Below are positions 29,340 through 39,059 of a stretch of 64,000 bases of DNA, one piece after another. A program made the position numbers and the translations under genes. Source of the DNA: Caldisericia bacterium (GTDB lineage: Bacteria > Caldisericota > Caldisericia > B22-G15); contig JAOAHY010000004.1 of NCBI GenBank assembly GCA_026414995.1, positions 12,485 through 76,484 on the forward strand, read 5' to 3'. Each line of letters opens with the position of its first letter. Position 1 is the first letter of the stretch. The notes below the pieces were generated by a model, which had not been told where the DNA came from, did not search any database, and saw nothing but the letters and a program-made list of their open reading frames with translations.

Positions 29340-30298
29340 ACTAATATATAATTATCATAAAATTTTATTAACTCTTCAATACCACGAGGTGATTTAGAAA
29401 GAAGAGGTATTTGTTTAATTTTTATATTTTTAATTTCATCTTCCATTTTTTTTATTACACTATCTTGTTCTTCAATTTTTCCTTTTATAACTTCAGGTGG
29501 ATTTTCACATATTAAATATTTATTCAAATAAATATTTTTAATTTTTATTCCAAATTCAGATAATGCTTCTATAATTCTTTTAGTTTCAAAAAGAGCAAGA
29601 TCTTCTGGCATTGTAACAATATTTATTGAAGTTGAATTACCAGAGAAAAGATTCATCATATTTTCCATTTCATTACTATATTTAACAAGTTCTATCATTA
29701 TTTGATCTTCTCTTTCGTCTGATGTTAAATTAATTACTTCATCATCTAACTTTGCTTCTATTTTACCTTTTACATTTTCAACCATTTTTCTCCTATCAAG
29801 AATTTTTCTTCTTATTCCCATTAATCTTTTTGACCAAAGTAAAGTTAATTTTGGTAATGCAAGAACTCTAGTTGTTATTCCAGTTGGAGGTGTATCAAAA
29901 ACTAGAATATCATATTCATGACATTCTACATATTTTTTAATTGCTTCAAGAACAGCATATTCTTCAATTCCAGGTGAATATCTTAATATATCAAAATATC
30001 TATCTAAATTAAAACTTGTAAGGTATCTATAGGTATTTTTTAAATTCCTTGATAAGTCTTCAAGATACTCTTTTATCATTTTGTCTAAATCAACTTCTAC
30101 TGCAAAAAGATTTTCTGTAAGTTTTCTAACTTTATTCGAGAGTTCTATATCAAATGCATCTCCAAGATTATGTGCTGGATCAAGGGATGCTATCAAAATT
30201 TTTTTATCTTTGTTATATACAGAAATACCAGTGGCAAAACTTGCTGATATTGTTGTTTTTCCAACTCCCCCTTTTCCAAGAAAAAAATATATTTCCAT
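29336..30298 (-). CDS. ArsA/Get3(TRC40)-family ATPase, single domain
   Basis: GKGGVGKTT, SLDPAHNLGD, PGIEE, FDTPPTG, PE.L...ET.R and LNK motifs. Confidence 0.92.
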   Translation of the reverse strand: MEIYFFLGKGGVGKTTISASFATGISVYNKDKKILIASLDPAHNLGDAFDIELSNKVRKLTENLFAVEVDLDKMIKEYLEDLSRNLKNTYRYLTSFNLDRYFDILRYSPGIEEYAVLEAIKKYVECHEYDILVFDTPPTGITTRVLALPKLTLLWSKRLMGIRRKILDRRKMVENVKGKIEAKLDDEVINLTSDEREDQIMIELVKYSNEMENMMNLFSGNSTSINIVTMPEDLALFETKRIIEALSEFGIKIKNIYLNKYLICENPPEVIKGKIEEQDSVIKKMEDEIKNIKIKQIPLLSKSPRGIEELIKFYDNYILV

Positions 30299-30311
30299 AT
30301 ATAATTCACCT

Positions 30312-30590
30312 TTAATCTATATCAAACATACCAGCTGTTTCAGCAAACGCATCATCTAGATTTTTACTTCTTGTTATCATAACAAATATCTCTTTTTGCA
30401 TAAATGGTAGAATTCTTAAAATTATTCCAGTTGGAGGAGAAGGAATGCCTGCAAATGTGCCCATTGTTAGAAGTGCAAAAACATTTTCTAATTCTTCTAG
30501 CTCTTTTTCAATAAGGGAGGTAGAAACCTCCCTTAATCCCAGATCTAATCCTATTAAAATTTTTTTAAGGAGGTCGAAGAGTCTTTTCAT
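30312..30590 (-). CDS. Small conserved protein associated with CstA/ArsA loci
   Basis: ELEELENVFALL..G...GIPSPP..I.LR.LP motif; tightly packed between cstA and the ATPase. Confidence 0.75.
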   Translation of the reverse strand: MKRLFDLLKKILIGLDLGLREVSTSLIEKELEELENVFALLTMGTFAGIPSPPTGIILRILPFMQKEIFVMITRSKNLDDAFAETAGMFDID

Positions 30591-30596
30591 TAAATT

Positions 30597-32360
30597 TTAT
30601 TTTGTTTCTACCTCAGGGATTGCTCCCTTTCTCCATCCACCCAAGAAATCTATTACGAGGATTACATTAAGAGCTAACATTACAATAGTAAATCCACCAA
30701 GCATATATCTATTAAATACTGGTGTTGTTTTTGGTATTACGACAATAAGATACCAGAACAATGCAACTGTAACTGTAATCCATAAGAACAATGCTGGGAT
30801 GAGAACTGCCATTTGCCATGCAGGTTTCGCTTTTTGAACTTGTTTTACCCATACTGCTGCTGTTATCATAGCAATTGAAGCAAGCAATTGGTTAGAACCT
30901 GCAAATCCTGGCCAAAGTACTGTATAACTTCCACCCCAAATTAATAAAAGACCAAGACCTGCAGCGATAATTGAACCAACCCATTTATCAGCAATTACTT
31001 TATAGAATCCTTCACTTACTTTTTTAACAGGTTCCCAAATTTCGCCCCATGCATATCTTGCTAATCTTACTGAGGTATCAAGTGTTGTTAAAACAAATGC
31101 TGATACCCATAGACCAGCAAAAGTACTACCAACATTTTCTGGAAGTCCAACTGCAGTTGTCATTTTTCCAAATGATCTTGTCATAACACCAAGAGCACCA
31201 CCAACTGCACCTGCTGCTTTAAGGTAATTGTTTCCAAGATAAACTTTATCTGTCATTAATGCATTAAGATCAACTTTTAATTCTGTTAATTTAGCAGCTG
31301 CTCCTTGGAAAACTTGCATACCAAATGCTGCAATAGAAGTAATAACAAGTGTTGAAAGAAATCCTTCTGTAAACATACTTCCATATCCTACAAAAAGTCC
31401 TGACAATTCATTATCTAACTGTTTTGAAGAAGTTCCTGATGCAACAATTGAGTGGAATCCTGAAAGTGCACCACATGCAATAACTAGTGGAACAGTTGGC
31501 CAGAAAGGAGATGGTTGACCTCCTACAGTTCTAGCTGAGAAAATTGTAAATACAGGCCAATTAAATCCTCTAAATGCAAAAACTGCTGCGACTAATCCTA
31601 AAATTAATCCTGCCCATAAAATATAAGCATTAAGATAATCTCTTGGTTGTAAAAGAATCCAAACAGGTAGAGATGATGCTAAAATACAATAGATTGCTAA
31701 AATAATATACCATGTTTTTGCATTTGTTATTTTAACAAATGGAAATGCAAATCCGATATACAAACATAAAATAAGCATTATTATTCCTATAATAGATGCG
31801 ACTGTGAATGAAAGTTTTGTTCTATAAAGTAATATACCCTCAATTATAGCAATAAATATGAATAGAACTGATGCTGTTGCAATTGATGGGTTTGTTGTTG
31901 CAAGACCTGTAAATACTCCCATAAATGCAGAAATAACAAGTAAGAGTGCAAAGTATATAAATAATTCAAACGAATATTTTGTTCTGGCTGTCATTAATTT
32001 TCCAGAAACCCATTGAATTGATTTTCCATCATATCTTACCGATGCCATTAAGGCAAGATAATCATGAACACTTCCAATAAAAAGATTTCCAAACCAAACC
32101 CAAAGAAGACCTGGAACCCAACCCCATGCCATTGCAATTGCAGGACCTGTTATTGGTCCAGCACCTGCTATTGAAGCAAAATGGTGACCATATAAAACCC
32201 ACGGTTTTGCAGGAACATAATCAACATTATCTCTTAATTTTACTGCTGGGGTTGGTCTATTGGGATCTGCTTTTACAACTTCTTTTTCAATTCTTTTACC
32301 ATAAATAAAGTAAAATAAAACATAAAAAGCTAACCCGATAACCGCAATTAATGCTGTCAT
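30597..32360 (-). CDS. cstA: Carbon starvation protein A family transporter
   Basis: TPA....D..DYVP, HHFASIAGAGPI.GP, G.VHDY, LLQPRDY, IACGALSGFHS, EG, TTLDT..RL.RY and W..F..SNQLLA motifs. Confidence 0.96.
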   Translation of the reverse strand: MTALIAVIGLAFYVLFYFIYGKRIEKEVVKADPNRPTPAVKLRDNVDYVPAKPWVLYGHHFASIAGAGPITGPAIAMAWGWVPGLLWVWFGNLFIGSVHDYLALMASVRYDGKSIQWVSGKLMTARTKYSFELFIYFALLLVISAFMGVFTGLATTNPSIATASVLFIFIAIIEGILLYRTKLSFTVASIIGIIMLILCLYIGFAFPFVKITNAKTWYIILAIYCILASSLPVWILLQPRDYLNAYILWAGLILGLVAAVFAFRGFNWPVFTIFSARTVGGQPSPFWPTVPLVIACGALSGFHSIVASGTSSKQLDNELSGLFVGYGSMFTEGFLSTLVITSIAAFGMQVFQGAAAKLTELKVDLNALMTDKVYLGNNYLKAAGAVGGALGVMTRSFGKMTTAVGLPENVGSTFAGLWVSAFVLTTLDTSVRLARYAWGEIWEPVKKVSEGFYKVIADKWVGSIIAAGLGLLLIWGGSYTVLWPGFAGSNQLLASIAMITAAVWVKQVQKAKPAWQMAVLIPALFLWITVTVALFWYLIVVIPKTTPVFNRYMLGGFTIVMLALNVILVIDFLGGWRKGAIPEVETK

Positions 32361-32424
32361 TTGTTAATTTACCTCCTTTTTAAAATTTTCAAAGAGCCAA
32401 AAAGACCCTTCGACCTCCACTGAT

Positions 32425-32454
32425 ATTTTAATACAATATTATTTAATTTGTCAA
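32425..32454 (-). promoter_or_regulatory. sigma70 promoter of the cstA operon
   Basis: Minus strand: TTGACA (32454-32449), 18-nt spacer, TAAAAT (32430-32425); AAGGAGGT RBS before cstA. Confidence 0.65.
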
Positions 32455-34047
32455 CTATAATTCTTCATATATTTCTGGGAGGTCGTTTTCAAATAAAATA
32501 ATGTCGTTTGGTTTAATGAAATTTTTTAAATAATTATTTGCTTCATAAAAATTTTTAAAAATTGATATGTTTTCCAATTTAAATCCAACTTCTTTTAAAC
32601 CTTCATATATTGGTTTTATTCTTTTTCCCCCAACTAAAAAAACATAATCAACTTTATTTAACAAATATTTTCCTAAATTTTTATTTTCTTCATATTCACT
32701 TTTACCAAGTTCAATAAATCCTGGTGTTATTATTATCTTTCTTCCTTCTTTATATTTTGATATTAAATCTATTGCCATTCTTGCGCCAATTGGATTAGAA
32801 TTATATGCATCATCAACTACTATTACATTACCACTTTTTAATACATTTAATCTATGATTAAAGGGTTCTAGAATCTTGACTTTTTTAATAATTTTTTCTA
32901 TATCTATTTTAAAATTAATTGCAACCTCAATTGCAATCAATAAATTTCTTATTGTTTCTAATCCTACAAGTTTTGTTTCAAAGAAGGTTTCAAAATCTAA
33001 AAATTTTGTTTTAAATTTTGTTCCATAAAGAGTCTCTTCTATTATTTCAATAAATGGATAATTTCCTTTATAAATTGATATTTTTGAAATTTTCTCATTT
33101 TGAAAATTTTTTAAAAATTCATCATCTCCATTCAAAATCAATTTTTCACATTTATTAGAAGAAATACTATATTCAATTAAATATTTAAATTCATTAAAAA
33201 TTTTCTCCTTTGTACCAAATTCCTCTAGATGTTGAATTCCAATTGAAGTTATAACAAGAATATTAGGCTCAATTAATCTAAGTAATCTTTTAAAACCACC
33301 TTTTTCATTTTCAGCAAGTTCTACAACAAAAATTTCTGTTTCATTTTTAAGATTCTCTCTTATAAATTTAGTAATTCCCATTGCAGTGTTATAACTTTCA
33401 GGAGTCATTTGAGTTTTAAAATTATCTTTTAATAATTCATAAATGAAATATTTTGTGCTGGTTTTTCCATAACTTCCTGTTATTACAATTATAAATGGTT
33501 TATATTCTTTAATTATTTTTATTGCATCATTAAAATATTTTTCATTTATTAAACTTTCAATTGGATAGATTAAAATATTTAAAATTAATAAAATAAAAGG
33601 AGATAAAAATATAAGATAGGGAGTTAAATATAATGAATGATTAAGGTAAATTAATATTAAAACTATTAATAAAAAAATAGTTGTTAAGATAAAAATTCTT
33701 TTGCATCTTTTAGTAAATTTTAAACCTTTTTTTGAAAATTTCTTTCTTTTTTTATATAAATTAAAATTATAAAATAGAGAATAAAAAAGAAAAATCAACA
33801 AAATTAAGTTTAATAATACTCTATTTATCTTTAATAAAAAACTTAATGAAATTAGGATTATCAAAATTATTAATACAATATCATCAAAAATATAATCTTT
33901 TGATCTTTTGAATAAATGTCTTAAGTATTTAATATTAAAATATTCTAATATTTGTAGAACTTGAAGATACCAAAGAATTCTTAATAGTAAAATTAAAAAT
34001 GTTATTATAAAAATTGATAGTTTAATAAAAGTTTCAATTATTATCAT
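32455..34047 (-). CDS. murF: MurF-like Mur ligase with N-terminal membrane segments
   Basis: ITGSYGKTSTK P-loop, SYNT..G, VVE, G.QHLE.F, HRL, DDAYNSNP; hydrophobic first ~160 aa. Confidence 0.8.
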   Translation of the reverse strand: MIIIETFIKLSIFIITFLILLLRILWYLQVLQILEYFNIKYLRHLFKRSKDYIFDDIVLIILIILISLSFLLKINRVLLNLILLIFLFYSLFYNFNLYKKRKKFSKKGLKFTKRCKRIFILTTIFLLIVLILIYLNHSLYLTPYLIFLSPFILLILNILIYPIESLINEKYFNDAIKIIKEYKPFIIVITGSYGKTSTKYFIYELLKDNFKTQMTPESYNTAMGITKFIRENLKNETEIFVVELAENEKGGFKRLLRLIEPNILVITSIGIQHLEEFGTKEKIFNEFKYLIEYSISSNKCEKLILNGDDEFLKNFQNEKISKISIYKGNYPFIEIIEETLYGTKFKTKFLDFETFFETKLVGLETIRNLLIAIEVAINFKIDIEKIIKKVKILEPFNHRLNVLKSGNVIVVDDAYNSNPIGARMAIDLISKYKEGRKIIITPGFIELGKSEYEENKNLGKYLLNKVDYVFLVGGKRIKPIYEGLKEVGFKLENISIFKNFYEANNYLKNFIKPNDIILFENDLPEIYEEL

Positions 34048-34813
34048 TATATATTTCTCCTAAAAAATTTTTTATTTCATAGATTGTTTTTGATAAGTTG
34101 TTAAGATAAGGAAAATGTCCTGCATTTTTTATAATTACAAGTTTTGAGTTTTTTATATTTTCTTTAATTAAATATGCATGTTTTAAAGGAAGTTCTTTAT
34201 CATTTTCTCCCCAAATTATAAGTGTTTTTGTTTCTACCTCTTTCATTATAGGTAATAAATCTTCATTAACAATTTTAACAAGTGTATCTCTCATAACTCC
34301 ATCAACGCTTTTATAATCTTTTGAACCAAAAATTTTCCTTAAACTATTTAATAATTTTTCTTGTTTTTCACCTTTTATTGTCTTAATTATTATTTTTTTA
34401 AAAAATTTAAAAGTATTCTCGGAAAACCTTTGTTTCAATGTTTTTTTATCTCTTATTCCAGCGCTATCTATTAAAATAAGACCTTTAATTTCACTTTTTC
34501 TATTTGCAGCAACTCTTATTCCAATTCTTCCACCAAATGAGTGTCCAATAATTGTGTAATCTTTTAAATTAAGATAATCAATAAATTTTAAAATTAAATT
34601 TTTATAATCCTCACCATTAAAGGATCTATAAGGTATATCACTTTTACCAAAACCAGGAAAATCTATTAATATAACTTTATATTCATTTTTCAAAATATTT
34701 GATATTGGATATAAAGAATTTGTATTTCCACCCCATCCATGAAAAAATAAAATAGGTTTTCCATCACCATATATTTCATAATAAATTTTCAAATTATCGA
34801 TTAGAGCAAACAT
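34034..34813 (-). CDS. Alpha/beta hydrolase
   Basis: HGWGG, D.PGFG.S, GHSFGG nucleophile elbow, WGEND and AGHF motifs. Confidence 0.92.
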   Translation of the reverse strand: MFALIDNLKIYYEIYGDGKPILFFHGWGGNTNSLYPISNILKNEYKVILIDFPGFGKSDIPYRSFNGEDYKNLILKFIDYLNLKDYTIIGHSFGGRIGIRVAANRKSEIKGLILIDSAGIRDKKTLKQRFSENTFKFFKKIIIKTIKGEKQEKLLNSLRKIFGSKDYKSVDGVMRDTLVKIVNEDLLPIMKEVETKTLIIWGENDKELPLKHAYLIKENIKNSKLVIIKNAGHFPYLNNLSKTIYEIKNFLGEIYNDNN

Positions 34814-34819
34814 TACTTA

Positions 34820-35980
34820 TTAACCTTTTTTCACATCTTTAAAATCTTGAAGTAGTATATCAGTATCAATAGATGTTATGTTTTTATTTTTATCTTCAAA
34901 AATTTCTATGGAAAGGTTAATTAAATTATCAATTAATTTATCAAATGATATTCCTGATGCTTCCCATAAATAAAAAGATAATGCACCAGGTAGTGTATTT
35001 ATTTCATTTATATAAACTTTTTCTGTATCCCCTTCCATTAGAAAATCAACTCTTGCTATTCCTTTGCAATCTATTGCTTTAAATGCTTTAACAGCAAGAT
35101 CTTGTATTTCTTTTGTTTTTTCATCGCTTAATTCTGCAGGAATTATATGTCCAAATCTTTTAAACATTGAGCTTCCTTTTGTATTAATTTTATATTTTGA
35201 ATCATAATCGAGGAAAACTTTTGGAGTTTTCACTTCTTCAAGTTTTGAAGGTATCACTTCAATATTCCCTAAAACAGAGCAATTAATCTCTCTTAAATTT
35301 TTTACCCCTTCTTCAACAATTATTTTTGAATCATAATGTTTAGCAACTTCAATTCCATAAAAAAGTGTATCTTTGTTTTCTGCTTTTGTAATTCCAATAC
35401 TTGAACCAAGATTTGCTGGTTTTACAAATAAAGGATATTTAAGATAATTTTCTATTTTTTTTAAAATTTCATCTTTATTTTTTTCCCAATCATATCTTGT
35501 AAACCAAAAGTAATTTACGATTGGTAAATTGTTAGCTTTAAAAATTTCTTTCATAATTACTTTATCCATTCCTATTGAAGACGAAAGAACGCCGCACCCT
35601 ACATACGGAATATTCAACATTTCAAAAATACCTTGTATTTTACCATCTTCACCATAGGTTCCATGTATTACGCTAAATGCTATGTCAATAAATAATTTTT
35701 TACTTATAATTCCTTCTAATTCTAGAGTTAATATATTATCATTTGTTATTTTTATACCTATAATTTTTTGAGAAATTTTTGGTATATTTGATAGATTTCT
35801 GAAATTTTCTATTTTAAGCAAATTTTCTCCTGTAAACCATTCACCATTTTTTGATATATAAATAGGAATTATTGAGTATTTTGATTTATCAATTGCATTG
35901 TAAACTTGTATTGCAGTAATTATAGAAATTTCATGTTCAACAGATTTAGATCCAAAAAAAAGACCAATTCTTTTTTTCAT
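34820..35980 (-). CDS. ddl: D-alanine--D-alanine ligase
   Basis: S.EHEIS, HG.YGEDG.IQG, MDK, KPANLGSSIGI, DY.SKY, RVDF and NEINTLPG motifs. Confidence 0.93.
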   Translation of the reverse strand: MKKRIGLFFGSKSVEHEISIITAIQVYNAIDKSKYSIIPIYISKNGEWFTGENLLKIENFRNLSNIPKISQKIIGIKITNDNILTLELEGIISKKLFIDIAFSVIHGTYGEDGKIQGIFEMLNIPYVGCGVLSSSIGMDKVIMKEIFKANNLPIVNYFWFTRYDWEKNKDEILKKIENYLKYPLFVKPANLGSSIGITKAENKDTLFYGIEVAKHYDSKIIVEEGVKNLREINCSVLGNIEVIPSKLEEVKTPKVFLDYDSKYKINTKGSSMFKRFGHIIPAELSDEKTKEIQDLAVKAFKAIDCKGIARVDFLMEGDTEKVYINEINTLPGALSFYLWEASGISFDKLIDNLINLSIEIFEDKNKNITSIDTDILLQDFKDVKKG

Positions 35981-36036
35981 ATCTTAAATATTTTAACATA
36001 AATTCTATTGTTATAATAAATTAAAAGGAGGTTATT

Positions 36037-36525
36037 ATGGAATTAATAGAATTATTAAAAAAAGGAATACAAAGTGAAAATGAAGCTAAAAGGTTTTATT
36101 ATAAACTTTCTGAAAAAGTTATTGATGAAAAAGTTAAAAAAAGATTAATTAGGTTTTTTAAAGAAGAAGAAAAACATGAAATATCATTAAAAAAATTACT
36201 TATAAAAAATTTTAATATTGAATTTAACGCAGATGAAAGTTTTAAAGAGAATCCAGAATTTTCTAATGTTAATGAAGATTTAGGCAAAGATATTAAATGT
36301 ATTGATATTGTAAAAATTGCTATTAAATCGGAAATGAATGCGGTTGAATTTTATTCAAATATGGTGAATAAATTTAGAGATGGAAGAGATAGAAGAATTT
36401 TAAATTCACTGATTAAAATGGAAAAGAATCATGAAGAATTATTAAGAAGAGAATATGAGTTGCTTAAAAAAGAAGATTATTGGATAAAACCATCGATGGA
36501 AAACCTTGGTGATTTAAGATTATAA
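36037..36525 (+). CDS. Rubrerythrin/ferritin-like di-iron protein
   Basis: Two repeats of E..A..FY ... E..H. Confidence 0.85.
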   Translation: MELIELLKKGIQSENEAKRFYYKLSEKVIDEKVKKRLIRFFKEEEKHEISLKKLLIKNFNIEFNADESFKENPEFSNVNEDLGKDIKCIDIVKIAIKSEMNAVEFYSNMVNKFRDGRDRRILNSLIKMEKNHEELLRREYELLKKEDYWIKPSMENLGDLRL

Positions 36526-36609
36526 AATTAATAATTTATTTAAAAAGTAGTAAAATAATATTAATTTATTTTTTTAAAGCTCTTTTTATTGTTAATAAGG
36601 AGTTGAAAT

Positions 36610-37803
36610 ATGTTATCTATTGAGGAACAATTAAAGATTATTAAAAGAGGTACTCTTGAAATAATAAATGAAGAAGAACTTATAGAAAAACTTAAAAAAG
36701 GGAGACCGTTAAGAGTGAAACTTGGTGTTGACCCTACATCACCTGATATTCATTTAGGTCATACTGTAGTTTTAAATAAACTTAGAGACTTTCAGAATTT
36801 AGGTCACAGAATAATTCTAATTATAGGAAATGGCACTGCTGTTATTGGAGATCCTTCTGGAAGAGATCAGACAAGAGCACTGTTAACTCAAGAAGAAATT
36901 GAAAAAAACGCTAAATATTATAGTGAACAAGCTTTTAAAATCTTAGATAAAGAAAAAACCGAAATAAGATATAATGGTGATTGGCTTCTTCCATTAACAC
37001 TTAAAGATATTGTTTCTATAGCCTCACATTTTACAGTTGCAAGAATTCTTGAAAGAGATGATTTCTTTAATAGATATAAACAAGGAAATGCTATATATTT
37101 ACATGAACTTCTTTATCCACTTATGCAAGCATATGATTCAATTGTAATTGATGCTGATGTTGAACTTGGAGGAAGCGATCAAAAATTTAATCTTTTATGT
37201 GGAAGAGAACTTCAAAAAGAACTCGGAAAAGAACCACAAATAGCAATTTTAATGCCAATTTTAAGAGGTATAGATGGAGTTAAAAGAATGGGTAAAAGTT
37301 TAAAAAATTATATTGGTATAAATGAATCTCCAAACGAGATGTTTGGAAAAATTATGAGCATACCAGATCATTTAATTATTGAGTATTTTGAATTATTAAC
37401 AAATATTGATATTCAAGAATTAGAAAACATCAAAAATGCGATGGAATCTGGTGAAAATCCTATGAAATATAAATTGAGATTAGCCAGAGAAATTGTAAAA
37501 AGATATCATTCAGAAAAAGAAGCAATTGAAGCAGAAGAAGAATTTATTAGAGTGTTTAGTAAAAAAGAGATACCTGAAGATATAGATATATATGAAGTGT
37601 ATGATGAGGAAATAAATCTTCTTGATTTTCTAAAGGAAAAAAATTTAATTCAATCAAAAAGTGAAGGAAGACGTCTTTTTGAACAAGGTGGAATTTATGT
37701 TAATGGTGAAAGATTTGAGGAGCCATCATTTATTTTAAAAATTGATGGTGAAAAAGTAATTAAAATTGGTAAAAGAAAATTTATAAAGGTGGTCAAAAAA
37801 TGA
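36610..37803 (+). CDS. tyrS: Tyrosine--tRNA ligase
   Basis: G.DPT..DIHLGH, YPLMQAYDS, GGSDQ, RMGKS (KMSKS variant), C-terminal S4 domain. Confidence 0.97.
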   Translation: MLSIEEQLKIIKRGTLEIINEEELIEKLKKGRPLRVKLGVDPTSPDIHLGHTVVLNKLRDFQNLGHRIILIIGNGTAVIGDPSGRDQTRALLTQEEIEKNAKYYSEQAFKILDKEKTEIRYNGDWLLPLTLKDIVSIASHFTVARILERDDFFNRYKQGNAIYLHELLYPLMQAYDSIVIDADVELGGSDQKFNLLCGRELQKELGKEPQIAILMPILRGIDGVKRMGKSLKNYIGINESPNEMFGKIMSIPDHLIIEYFELLTNIDIQELENIKNAMESGENPMKYKLRLAREIVKRYHSEKEAIEAEEEFIRVFSKKEIPEDIDIYEVYDEEINLLDFLKEKNLIQSKSEGRRLFEQGGIYVNGERFEEPSFILKIDGEKVIKIGKRKFIKVVKK

Positions 37804-39059
37804 TAAAAGGACCAAAAGGCGCTCCAGATATTTTGCCTGATAAAAGTAGAAAAATTGAAAAGGTTATAAATAAATTAAGAAAGTTTGTAGAAAATTTTGG
37901 CTATAGAGAGATAATACTTCCAATTTTTGAACATGCAGAGATTTTTGAAAGAAGTGTAGGTGAAGAAACTGACATAGTACAAAAAGAGATGTATACTTTT
38001 TACGATAAAGGGGGTAGAAAACTCTGTTTAAGACCTGAAGGAACTGCACAAGTCGTTAGATCTTATATTGAGAATAATTTTAAACAGCTACCTCAACCAG
38101 TAAAACTATATTATTATGGTCCGATGTTTAGATATGAAAAACCACAAAAAGGAAGATTTAGAGAATTTTATCATTTTGGAATAGAGGCATTAGGAGAAGA
38201 TAGTCCTAGTCTTGATGTTGAGATTATATATATTTCAATTAAATCACTTGAAAATTTAGGATTGAAAGACCTTTTTATTTATATTAATTCAATAGGTGAT
38301 ATAGAGGATAGAAAAGAATATAAGGAAGTTTTGAAAAGTTATTTAAAAGATAAAGAAAATTATCTTTGTGATGATTGTAAAAAAAGATTATATTTAAACC
38401 CCTTAAGAGTTCTTGATTGTAAAAATGAATTATGTATTAAAACTACTGAAAATGCACCAAAAATTTTAGATTATATAAAAGGTGAAAGTAAAAAACACTT
38501 CGATGAAATTATAAAAAAATTAGATGAACTAAAAATTAATTATATTTTAAATCCTAGATTAGTTAGGGGGCTTGATTATTATAACAGAACAGTTTTTGAA
38601 GTAATTTCACAAAATCTTGGTTCGCAAAATTCAGTTTTGGGTGGAGGAAGATACGACTATTTATCATCCTTTTTAGGAGGAGATAGAGTACCAGGAGTTG
38701 GTTTTGCCATAGGAGTTGAGAGACTAATATTAATTCTTGAAAAAGAAAACTTAATACAAGAAAATATTGAAAAAATAATATCAATAACACCTTTAAACAA
38801 AGAATATTATGAAGAAAGTTTTTTATTTTATTTAACTCTTGGTGAAAAAGGCTATAATGTAATTTTTCCATATAATTTTAAAAATTTAAAAGAGTCAATT
38901 TCATATTCATTAAAAAGAAATGCTAGTTTTTTGATTATTTATGGTGGCGATGAGTTAAAAGATGGTTATTTATTATTTAAGGACCTTAAAAAAGAAACTC
39001 AAATAAGAATTAAAAAAGATGAAATATTTAAACATTTAAATGAGGTGAAAGATGCTTAG
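37800..39059 (+). CDS. hisS: Histidine--tRNA ligase
   Basis: KEMY.F.D, LRPEGTA, FRYEKPQKGR, RGLDYY and GGGRYD motifs. Confidence 0.97.
   Translation: MIKGPKGAPDILPDKSRKIEKVINKLRKFVENFGYREIILPIFEHAEIFERSVGEETDIVQKEMYTFYDKGGRKLCLRPEGTAQVVRSYIENNFKQLPQPVKLYYYGPMFRYEKPQKGRFREFYHFGIEALGEDSPSLDVEIIYISIKSLENLGLKDLFIYINSIGDIEDRKEYKEVLKSYLKDKENYLCDDCKKRLYLNPLRVLDCKNELCIKTTENAPKILDYIKGESKKHFDEIIKKLDELKINYILNPRLVRGLDYYNRTVFEVISQNLGSQNSVLGGGRYDYLSSFLGGDRVPGVGFAIGVERLILILEKENLIQENIEKIISITPLNKEYYEESFLFYLTLGEKGYNVIFPYNFKNLKESISYSLKRNASFLIIYGGDELKDGYLLFKDLKKETQIRIKKDEIFKHLNEVKDA

Noticed and set aside
29336-30298. ArsA as an arsenic-resistance determinant
   Set aside because: Single domain, no metalloid-binding Cys cluster, and no ars permease, reductase, chaperone or regulator nearby.
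36526-36609. Possible T-box leader before tyrS-hisS-aspS
   Set aside because: Only 84 nt, almost pure A/T, with no T-box consensus or terminator.
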